From a virus (Duplodnaviria; Caudoviricetes), in the IMG/VR virus record IMGVR_UViG_3300001782_000010, positions 1 to 55,670 of that record: DNA of 55,670 nucleotides, one strand, 5' to 3'. The position numbers and the translations under genes were made by a program. How positions within the stretch are numbered: position 1 is the stretch's first letter; every line of letters starts with the position of its first letter. The notes under the pieces were generated by a model. The model did no database searches. It saw nothing but the letters and a program-made list of their open reading frames with translations, and was not told the DNA's origin. Of this stretch, positions 1 to 7,698 are shown in pieces.

Positions 1-1
1 A

Positions 2-226
2 GACTGGAATGGTTATGTAGGATATTCCAGAGGACAGGCTTTATTTAAAGATTGTATATTAATATCTGGATTTAAATTCTCTGCTGGAGGAGACAGTGGA
101 AGTCCAGTATTTACTATGGACATGAAATATATTGGAGCATTATTTGCTGGTTCGGAAAGTGAAACTATAGTATGCAAATTTACAAGAATAGAAGACTTAA
201 GTGGTTTAGAATATCTTCTGGACTAG
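2..226 (+). CDS. C-terminal fragment of a trypsin-like (PA clan) serine protease, truncated by the window edge
   Basis: Not in the ORF track. Frame 2 is open from the window start: ...FSAGGDSGSPVFTMDMKYIGALFAGS...LLD*, containing the GDSGS nucleophile motif and the downstream G-x-L-F-A-G strand. Confidence 0.7.
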   Translation, partial: DWNGYVGYSRGQALFKDCILISGFKFSAGGDSGSPVFTMDMKYIGALFAGSESETIVCKFTRIEDLSGLEYLLD

Positions 227-267
227 ATTTAAATATTAGATAAATCAGAAATATTTTAGGTGAAATA

Positions 268-477
268 ATGAATATGCTTGAAAATGAATGGTTTTTTCCA
301 AATATAAGAACTAATGTATATCCATCCGATGGTACAATTTCGATTACTTGGAATTATTATGTTACTTGCCCCAAGTGTGGACAATGTTTTTATAGATATA
401 GTGGATATAAATACTGTCCATATTGTGGAGCAAAGTTAGAAGAGAAATGTCCTCATTGTGGAAAACCATATGAATAA
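268..477 (+). CDS. Double zinc-ribbon small protein
   Basis: CPKCG, CPYCG and CPHCG motifs; AGGTGA SD upstream. Confidence 0.7.
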   Translation: MNMLENEWFFPNIRTNVYPSDGTISITWNYYVTCPKCGQCFYRYSGYKYCPYCGAKLEEKCPHCGKPYE

Positions 478-985
478 AACATATAATCGTTTCTGGTTTA
501 TTGTTCTTTTAGAACTTATTATTTTAGATTTATTTGCTACTACTTTTATAGATATTGTTGTCCATAATATTTTATATAGATATGGATTACAATTTTCTTA
601 TGAATGGGCTGATATGTACTGGTTCTGGATAGCAATATTAAGATTAACTATAGCTTGTATTGCAGCAGTTTCTTTTTATTTCTTGAGAGATCCATCTGAA
701 AGAGACAAACAAGTTTCTATAGCTATTTTCATAACTCTTGTCTCTTTATATTTTGGTTTTATATTAGACTCTTTATTTTTTGTAATAATTGGAGCATTTC
801 CTCCATTAGACAGTATCTGGTGGTGGAATCCTTTCTATAGATTCTTTGGAATAAGATGGACTACACTAGAGAATTTAATATATAACTTTATATGGATATC
901 AATTGATATTATTATTTGGGTATATATAAAATATAGATTTGATATATTGGAGAAAATAAGAAGTGTTAGAAAGAGGAATTATTAA
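458..985 (+). CDS. Multi-pass membrane protein of unknown function
   Basis: About four hydrophobic, Trp/Phe-rich segments and a basic C-terminal tail. Confidence 0.6.
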   Translation: MENHMNKTYNRFWFIVLLELIILDLFATTFIDIVVHNILYRYGLQFSYEWADMYWFWIAILRLTIACIAAVSFYFLRDPSERDKQVSIAIFITLVSLYFGFILDSLFFVIIGAFPPLDSIWWWNPFYRFFGIRWTTLENLIYNFIWISIDIIIWVYIKYRFDILEKIRSVRKRNY

Positions 986-1196
986 AGCATGGGTATGTCA
1001 AATATGTGGTAATTACTATCCTGGACCAGATGGAGAAAAAGAAGCTTTAGAATGTTTTAATTCTCATGAAGAATTAATTTTTACTCCTAGACATGTCTTA
1101 GGAAAAAGATTTCCTATTGAAATTGAAGTACATTTAGTTAAAGGGAAAGAAATTATAGATAGTATGATATATATTTCTAAAGGGGAAGTTAAATGA
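963..1196 (+). CDS. Small zinc-finger protein
   Basis: WVCQICG...ALECFNSH (C2H2/C2CH-like). Confidence 0.55.
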   Translation: MLERGIIKAWVCQICGNYYPGPDGEKEALECFNSHEELIFTPRHVLGKRFPIEIEVHLVKGKEIIDSMIYISKGEVK

Positions 1197-2422
1197 TTAA
1201 AATATCTGTATTTATATCTGATTTACACTTGTTTAGTGAAACACATGATTATGATGCATTTCAGAGATTTCTAGATAAAGTATATTCTGTTATAGAAGAA
1301 TATAATGACAATAAAGTAACAGTTAAAATTTATTGTGTAGGAGATGTTCTTTCAGGAGCTGAAGTATATGGTAAATGGATGGGACAGCAAGCTTATAATG
1401 AAGTATTACAATCTGTATCAGCACAAACTTTAGGAACATCTTATATTTTCAAAAAGATAGCTGAAAAAGTTAAAGAATTAACAGATTATGAACCATCTTT
1501 TCATATTTTAAGAGGTACACATGAAAAAGTAAGAGGTCAGAATTATGCATGGCAATTAGTTACTGAATTACAAGCTAGTGGTTTAAATGCTGATTATCTT
1601 GGAACATGGAAAACAATTAAGATATGTGATAAATATTATGTATTTGCTTGGCATTCAACAGGATCATCTTCTTATGGATATGCTCCTGCTGCAATTAGAA
1701 ATTCTAATATGGCATTACTAGAACGTAGAGATAATCCATATATTAAAGATGTTATTATAGCACATAGACATGCTACAGGATATATTGGTTTGACACAAGC
1801 GTATAGACTAATTCAATTAGGAGGATTCCAGCAATATGATAGAGCACCTAATCAGAGACAAATGGGAGGATATGTTTATATTTCTACTTCTGATGAATTA
1901 CTTAAAGACTTCTTTATTCTAGTTGGAGCTACACAAGATCCAATGTTGGATATTCATAACAGAGTTAAATTTGCAGAAATATTTAAAGAAGCATGTGAAG
2001 ATGCTGTTAAAAATGGTAGAATATCTATAGATGATGAAAAAGTAGAAAATCCTAAAATTTCTAAGATAGTTGATAAAGAAAAAATAGTAGGATTTTATAA
2101 TAAAGCTATGAGATATTATTTTGAAAATGTTCCTAAATATATTGATATTTTACTTAAATTAATTAATAGAAACTTTAAAGAAAATAATGAAGTCATGATA
2201 TCTTTAAAAATGTTAGAAAGAAACTGGGATCCAGCTTTGAGTGAAACATATGCAGGATTTAAAAACTGGAAGTCATCTTCATTTAATCTTGGAAAGGATG
2301 GTATACCTAAACATGACCTTTCAAGAAGTAATATATGGCTTAAACCATTTGGAGTTAAACTCATATGGAGTTCTAGATTAAATGATATAATAATATTGAT
2401 GGAAGAAGACAAGTGGAAATGA
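1193..2422 (+). CDS. Calcineurin-like metallophosphoesterase with C-terminal extension
   Basis: Motifs ISDLH, VGDV, RGTHE, AWH and AHRH in canonical order. Confidence 0.75.
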   Translation: MIKISVFISDLHLFSETHDYDAFQRFLDKVYSVIEEYNDNKVTVKIYCVGDVLSGAEVYGKWMGQQAYNEVLQSVSAQTLGTSYIFKKIAEKVKELTDYEPSFHILRGTHEKVRGQNYAWQLVTELQASGLNADYLGTWKTIKICDKYYVFAWHSTGSSSYGYAPAAIRNSNMALLERRDNPYIKDVIIAHRHATGYIGLTQAYRLIQLGGFQQYDRAPNQRQMGGYVYISTSDELLKDFFILVGATQDPMLDIHNRVKFAEIFKEACEDAVKNGRISIDDEKVENPKISKIVDKEKIVGFYNKAMRYYFENVPKYIDILLKLINRNFKENNEVMISLKMLERNWDPALSETYAGFKNWKSSSFNLGKDGIPKHDLSRSNIWLKPFGVKLIWSSRLNDIIILMEEDKWK

Positions 2423-2547
2423 AATGTAAAATTAAATGTCAAAAGTGTGGTTCATATATTATAGTAGGTACTGAGGAATATATTAATGAAATTTATGTAT
2501 GCAAAAAATGTTTAAGGAAATATTTAAAATATAAGAGGGAGGAATGA
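2419..2547 (+). CDS. Zinc-ribbon microprotein (42 aa)
   Basis: Not in the ORF track. MKCKIKCQKCGSY...YVCKKCLRK; ATGA overlap with the upstream stop. Confidence 0.6.
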   Translation: MKCKIKCQKCGSYIIVGTEEYINEIYVCKKCLRKYLKYKREE

Positions 2548-2548
2548 A

Positions 2549-2818
2549 TTGAACAAAGAACCAAGTATAGGATATCTAATTAGTGAGAAAGGTCCACATG
2601 ATGTCTGGAAATTAATCAAAAAACTTATCAATAAATATCCAAAAACTGTTATATTGTCTAAACAGTTGTGTATAGATCCTTTCTTTCAAGATGTTCCAAC
2701 TCCTATGTTATGGGAAGATACAATAATTTCAATTTCTGATGTAATCTTTATAGAAACAAGTAATGATATTATTGTTATTGACTATAATTATAGAACTGTA
2801 GAAAAGATATCCATATAG
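2549..2818 (+). CDS. Hypothetical protein
   Basis: ORF in the operon with GGAGG SD and TTG start. Confidence 0.5.
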   Translation: MNKEPSIGYLISEKGPHDVWKLIKKLINKYPKTVILSKQLCIDPFFQDVPTPMLWEDTIISISDVIFIETSNDIIVIDYNYRTVEKISI

Positions 2819-2850
2819 AATAATTATTAAGCAGGTACTTCAGATATTAA

Positions 2851-4230
2851 GTGAGGGAAAGAATAATGTCTAGCTTTAGTCCGTTTATTAGAGATCTTGA
2901 AAGACTTAGTGAAAAAAAGATAATAAATAAAAAAGAAAGAAAAGTTCTTGTAAAAGTTAGTGGAGAGAAAGATAGATATCTTAAAGTTAAACATCTTATT
3001 GAAGCTGCTGCACAAAGAATAGAAAGTAAGATAAGACCTAAAGTATTTAGACTTCTTTATCAATCTGAAGAAACTATTTTTGGACTGGTTAATAAAATAA
3101 ATATAGATGTTATTGGACCAGGTTTTAGTATTATTCCAGATCCTGATGTAGAACCAAATGATAAAGAATTATTGGAAACAGCTAAAAAAGAAGCTAAAGA
3201 AGTTGAGATATGGTCAAAATCAAAATATATTAAACTTAAAAGAAAAAGTTCAATAGCTTTTACAGACACTTTAGTTTATGGAAGAGGGTTTTTAGAACTA
3301 TGTTATAATTATAATAAAGATAATATTCTTTTAATACATTCAATTGATCCTGAAGATATGAGATATCAAACTAAAAAAACTAGTGGAGAAGTATTATTAG
3401 ATAAATATGGAATGCCTGAAGGATATGTGTATAAAGAATATCAAGGACAAAAAGAACTAAAATTATTTAGAAATGAAATAGCACATTTTAAGATGTGGGG
3501 TCTTGGTGAACCATCTATTGGTTTAAGTCCTTTAGAACCTTTATATAATGTATTAAAAGCTAAAATGAATATAGAAGAAGCTTTGGCTGAAGCGATCTAT
3601 AGAAGAGCATTTCCTTGGATAGTAGCATATTGTGGAGACAAAGATCATGAACCAACTATGGAACAAATTGATGAATTGCACAAAGCTATTTCAGAAATAG
3701 AACAAAAAACAGAATTTACATTTCCTTATTATTTTAAACTAGACAAATTAGAACCAGGTGGAGTAGAAGAACTAGCTACTTATCATAAAATATATTCTGA
3801 TTTAATTTACAATACATATCTTATGCCTAGAGGAATAATTACTGGAGGAAGAAAGACAGAAGTAGAGAAAGGAAGTCTTCAATGGGAAAGAAGTATTTTA
3901 AATTATCAAGAAATACTTTCTGAAATAATTCAAGAACAGATACTTGATAGATTATATGAAGTAAAACATTATAAAACAAGACCTAGAATTGTATGGAATA
4001 TTGTTACTCCTCAACATCAGACAGCATATGATAGATCTATAGCTACTCTCTTTAGGCATGGTGCAATAAAGTATGGTTTTGATACAGACAATTATTTGAG
4101 AAAGATGCATAATCTTCCTTTAATAAATGAAGAAGATATTGACGTTAATGAACAGTCTTTAAATATAATAGCTAAAAAAATTGCAGAATATATTAAAAAT
4201 ATTGAAGGTTCAGACGAAGAAAAAGAATAG
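2851..4230 (+). CDS. Portal protein
   Basis: Portal-like motifs DTLVYGRGFLE, IDPEDM, EIAHFK and GLSPLEP; 459 aa. Confidence 0.85.
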   Translation: MRERIMSSFSPFIRDLERLSEKKIINKKERKVLVKVSGEKDRYLKVKHLIEAAAQRIESKIRPKVFRLLYQSEETIFGLVNKINIDVIGPGFSIIPDPDVEPNDKELLETAKKEAKEVEIWSKSKYIKLKRKSSIAFTDTLVYGRGFLELCYNYNKDNILLIHSIDPEDMRYQTKKTSGEVLLDKYGMPEGYVYKEYQGQKELKLFRNEIAHFKMWGLGEPSIGLSPLEPLYNVLKAKMNIEEALAEAIYRRAFPWIVAYCGDKDHEPTMEQIDELHKAISEIEQKTEFTFPYYFKLDKLEPGGVEELATYHKIYSDLIYNTYLMPRGIITGGRKTEVEKGSLQWERSILNYQEILSEIIQEQILDRLYEVKHYKTRPRIVWNIVTPQHQTAYDRSIATLFRHGAIKYGFDTDNYLRKMHNLPLINEEDIDVNEQSLNIIAKKIAEYIKNIEGSDEEKE

Positions 4231-4279
4231 TTTAAATTTAAGAAGATTATATTCTATCTAGAGTTCTGGAAGTGAAGTC

Positions 4280-6022
4280 ATGAAGTTGTCATATAATGCT
4301 ATTAACATTCTAAAAGAAAGATATTTAATAAAAGATGAGAACGGTGATGTTCAGGAAGATCCTTTATCTTTATTTAAAAGAGTTGCTAAAGAGATAGCTG
4401 AAGTAGAAAAGAAATATAATAAAAATGATGAGTATATTAAAAATCTTGAACAGTCTTTTTTAAGCATGATGTCTAATTTAGAATTTTTACCTAATTCTCC
4501 TACTCTTATGAATGCAGGTACATCTCTTAATCAACTTTCAGCTTGTTTTGTTATTCCTATTGAAGATAGTATGGAAAGTATATTTCAAGCTGTTAAAGAT
4601 GCATCTATCATTCATAAATCTGGAGGAGGTACAGGATACTCTTTTTCTAGACTTAGACCAAAAGACGATATAGTTAAAAGCACAGGTGGAATAGCTTCTG
4701 GACCAATATCATTTATGACAGTTTTTGATGCTGCAACTAATGTTATTAAACAGGGAGGAAGAAGAAGAGGAGCTAACATGGCTATTTTAAGAGTAGATCA
4801 TCCTGATATTTTAGATTTTATAGTAGCTAAAGAAAGAGAAGGTAATTTATCTAATTTTAATCTATCAGTTGCTATAACTGATAAATTTATGAAAGCTGTT
4901 CTAAACGATAAAGATTATGATATTGTTAATCCTAGAAATAAAAGAGTAACTAAAAGATTAAAAGCTAGAGCAGTATGGAATCTTTTAATTACTATGGCTT
5001 GGAAGAATGGAGAACCAGGTGTAGTATTTATAGATAGAATAAATAAGTTTAATCCTACTCCAAGTATTGGAGAAATAGAATCAACTAATCCTTGTGCAGA
5101 ACAACCTTTACTTCCATATGAATCATGTAATCTTGGATCTATTAATTTAAATAAAATGGTAGAAGGTAACAGGATCAGTTGGATTAAATTAAGAGAAATA
5201 GTACATTTATCTGTAAGATTTCTTGATAATGTTATTGATGCTAATTCTTATCCTTTAGAAATAATTGGAGAACAAACAAGAGGAAATAGAAAAATAGGTC
5301 TAGGAGTTATGGGATTTGCTGATATGTTAATAAAACTTGACATTCCATATAATTCAGATAAAGCAATTAATTTAGCTAAAAAAATTATGAAATTTATTAA
5401 TGATGAAGCTAGAAATATTTCAGAACAGATTGGAAAAGAAAAAGGTTCGTTTCCAAACTTTGATAAAAGTGCTTTAAAAAATAAATATAAAACAATGAGA
5501 AATGCTACTGTTACTACTATTGCACCAACAGGAAGTATTTCTATTATAGCAAATTGTTCTTCTGGTATTGAACCTCTTTTCTCTCTTGTTTATGTACGAA
5601 AATTGTCTGAAAGTATAGGAAAAGATCTAATAGAAATTAATTCTTTATTTAAGAATAAATTAGAAGAAAAAGAACTTTATTCTACTGAACTTATAAATAA
5701 AATATCCAGTAAGACTTCTATTCAAGGTGAGAATCTTCCTGTAGATATTAAAGAATTATTTATTACAGCACATGATATTTCTCCTGAAGAACATATAAAA
5801 ATACAAGCTGCCTTTCAACAATATACAGATAATGCTGTAAGTAAAACAGTAAATTTTCCTAAGACTGCTACAATTAACGATATTGAAAACACATTCTTAC
5901 TTGCATACAATCTAGGATGTAAGGGAGTAACAGTATATAGAGATAAATCTAGGAAATTACAAGTTCTAGATAGAATAGACTCTAAAACTTGTGAAGGAGG
6001 AATATGTCCAATATGCAGTTAA
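4280..6022 (+). CDS. nrdJ: Class II (adenosylcobalamin-dependent) ribonucleotide reductase
   Basis: NSPTLMNAG, LSACFV, GGGTG, TNPCAEQ, CNLGSINL, IAPTG and a C-terminal cysteine cluster (CEGGICPICS); no beta subunit gene nearby. Confidence 0.92.
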   Translation: MKLSYNAINILKERYLIKDENGDVQEDPLSLFKRVAKEIAEVEKKYNKNDEYIKNLEQSFLSMMSNLEFLPNSPTLMNAGTSLNQLSACFVIPIEDSMESIFQAVKDASIIHKSGGGTGYSFSRLRPKDDIVKSTGGIASGPISFMTVFDAATNVIKQGGRRRGANMAILRVDHPDILDFIVAKEREGNLSNFNLSVAITDKFMKAVLNDKDYDIVNPRNKRVTKRLKARAVWNLLITMAWKNGEPGVVFIDRINKFNPTPSIGEIESTNPCAEQPLLPYESCNLGSINLNKMVEGNRISWIKLREIVHLSVRFLDNVIDANSYPLEIIGEQTRGNRKIGLGVMGFADMLIKLDIPYNSDKAINLAKKIMKFINDEARNISEQIGKEKGSFPNFDKSALKNKYKTMRNATVTTIAPTGSISIIANCSSGIEPLFSLVYVRKLSESIGKDLIEINSLFKNKLEEKELYSTELINKISSKTSIQGENLPVDIKELFITAHDISPEEHIKIQAAFQQYTDNAVSKTVNFPKTATINDIENTFLLAYNLGCKGVTVYRDKSRKLQVLDRIDSKTCEGGICPICS

Positions 6023-6129
6023 TGAAATGTTATAGTTGTGGTAAACTAATGACTATAGATGAAGTTATAGAATATGGTAGAAAATGTAAAATCTGTAGAC
6101 GTACAGAAGAAATTACAGGGGAAATATAA
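6022..6129 (+). CDS. Zinc-ribbon microprotein (35 aa)
   Basis: Not in the ORF track. MKCYSCGK...KCKICRR; exactly fills the gap between nrdJ and the eS30-like gene. Confidence 0.6.
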   Translation: MKCYSCGKLMTIDEVIEYGRKCKICRRTEEITGEI

Positions 6130-6327
6130 ATGCCTTCACATGGTTCTTTAACAAAAGCTGGAAGAGTTATAAAGTCTAGAGACTGGAGAATTGAAGACAA
6201 AAAATATGAAAAAGGAATTAAAAGATGGCATAAGAAAAAACATTATAGTCCAAAATTAAATAACAGAAAGAAATATAATAGATATCTTCAAAAATTGATT
6301 CATGTTCATAAACAAGTTAAAATCTAG
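6130..6327 (+). CDS. rps30e: Ribosomal protein eS30 (S30e) homolog
   Basis: MPSHGSLTKAGRV matches the archaeal eS30 N-terminus (HGSLTKAGKV); C-terminal SPKLNNRKKYNR matches the P-R-x-x-N-R-x-x-Y pattern. Confidence 0.8.
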   Translation: MPSHGSLTKAGRVIKSRDWRIEDKKYEKGIKRWHKKKHYSPKLNNRKKYNRYLQKLIHVHKQVKI

Positions 6328-6366
6328 ACATACTTTTATACACCATTATATTTATTATATTCAGAG

Positions 6367-7113
6367 GTGTATTTATTGACAGAAACTTGGGATCTTTTAA
6401 ATCAATTGTGGTTTTCATTATCTGGATGGAACAAAGTAGGGAGCGGTACAAGTGAAATAAATCCTCCTGGTCAGTTACATCAACAAGGAACTGGATTATC
6501 AAGTGTCGGTAGAACTAAAACTCTTGCTTCTGGATTACCTTCAGAATATACTATTGAAGTCCGTTTAAAAATAACTCAAGCTTTTCCTAGTCTTCGTTGG
6601 ACATATGAATTTTATGATGGTGAACATCGCATTGTACTTCAAATATGGAATAATAAAATTCGAAGTACTTATGGTATAGATTTTCAAGATATTATCTGTC
6701 AAAATGAACAAAATATTTTTTATATATGGCGTTTTGTAATAAACTCTAAAGAAAATGAAATAAAAGTTTACAGGGACTTTGAATATCTAGGCATATTTAC
6801 TCGTCTAGAAGATGATGCAAGTAATGATGGAAAAATATGGACCAGAGCCATGTTTTATCTTGAAGGTTATGAAGATTATATTAAAATAAAATCTGGGTTA
6901 CATCCTCCTTCTCTTCATGATAAAGGTTCTAAATATTCATTTATAATTTCTAAGCTTCATCCTTATTCTGCTTTAGTTTTTTTAAAAGAAAAATATCAAG
7001 CTCCAATATTTATAAAAGATAAAGAATATAATGCATTCATATCTTTGAAAAATAAATATAAAGGTAATGTAAGAAAAAAATATTATTATAGAGGGAGAGT
7101 ACAATTACAATAG
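6367..7113 (+). CDS. Putative virion fibre protein with a beta-sandwich/lectin-like domain
   Basis: Clear paralogy with the C-terminal domain of 23924..26797 (GSGTSEINPPGQLHQ vs GDGTSEIYPPSQLHQ; YEDYIKIKSG vs YEDYLRIKSG). Confidence 0.55.
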   Translation: MYLLTETWDLLNQLWFSLSGWNKVGSGTSEINPPGQLHQQGTGLSSVGRTKTLASGLPSEYTIEVRLKITQAFPSLRWTYEFYDGEHRIVLQIWNNKIRSTYGIDFQDIICQNEQNIFYIWRFVINSKENEIKVYRDFEYLGIFTRLEDDASNDGKIWTRAMFYLEGYEDYIKIKSGLHPPSLHDKGSKYSFIISKLHPYSALVFLKEKYQAPIFIKDKEYNAFISLKNKYKGNVRKKYYYRGRVQLQ

Positions 7114-7123
7114 AGGGAGAATC

Positions 7124-7480
7124 ATGACAGACAATACACTTACAATATTTAAGGGAGATAATGTTACATTATTTGTTCAAATTACTGAATCAGATGCTTC
7201 TGCAGATATTTCAGGTTTCAGTTTTATATTCACTGTTAAAGACAATATTTCTGAACCACAATTAAATGCTGAAATAATTAAATCTTCTGATATTGCTTCA
7301 GAGATAACTTTGATAAATCCATCTATAGGAGAAATTGAGATATATATTCTTCCAAACGATACTAAAAATTTAAGTGGAGAAGGAAGATTTTATTATGATA
7401 TTCAAATGACTACAGCTACTGGAGAAATATATACTATAGTACAAGATTATATTTTTATTAAAGAGGATGTTACAAAATGA
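7124..7480 (+). CDS. BppU-N-like / Ig-like virion adaptor protein
   Basis: TIFKGDNVTL...GEIEIYILPNDT...YYDIQMT...IFIKEDVT pattern typical of phage BppU N-terminal-like domains. Confidence 0.6.
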   Translation: MTDNTLTIFKGDNVTLFVQITESDASADISGFSFIFTVKDNISEPQLNAEIIKSSDIASEITLINPSIGEIEIYILPNDTKNLSGEGRFYYDIQMTTATGEIYTIVQDYIFIKEDVTK

Positions 7481-7581
7481 TATGTCCAAAATGTAAAAAA
7501 GAAATGATAGAACTTATAGTTGGATATTATTGTAAAAAATGCCAAATCTTTAAGAAAAAGGAGGGAAAAATATATGTCTAA
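7477..7581 (+). CDS. Zinc-ribbon microprotein (34 aa)
   Basis: Not in the ORF track. MICPKCKK...YYCKKCQ; ATGA overlap. Confidence 0.6.
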   Translation: MICPKCKKEMIELIVGYYCKKCQIFKKKEGKIYV

Positions 7582-7696
7582 CTTTACTATTCATTGTGGT
7601 CATAAAGAACTTCAGGTGGAAAGAATAAGAGTTACTATCCGTTGTAAAGAATGTGGATTTTCATATTCTTTTAATTTAGATGTTAAGAAGGAATAA
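7574..7696 (+). CDS. Zinc-ribbon microprotein (40 aa)
   Basis: Not in the ORF track. HCGHK...RCKECG; GGAGGG SD; ends 2 nt before the next start. Confidence 0.55.
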   Translation: MSNFTIHCGHKELQVERIRVTIRCKECGFSYSFNLDVKKE

Positions 7697-7698
7697 AT

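Noticed and set aside
2116-3269. Minus-strand ORFs 2116..2442, 2827..3063 and 3060..3269
   Set aside because: They overlap well-supported + strand genes; low-complexity F/S/L translations typical of shadows.
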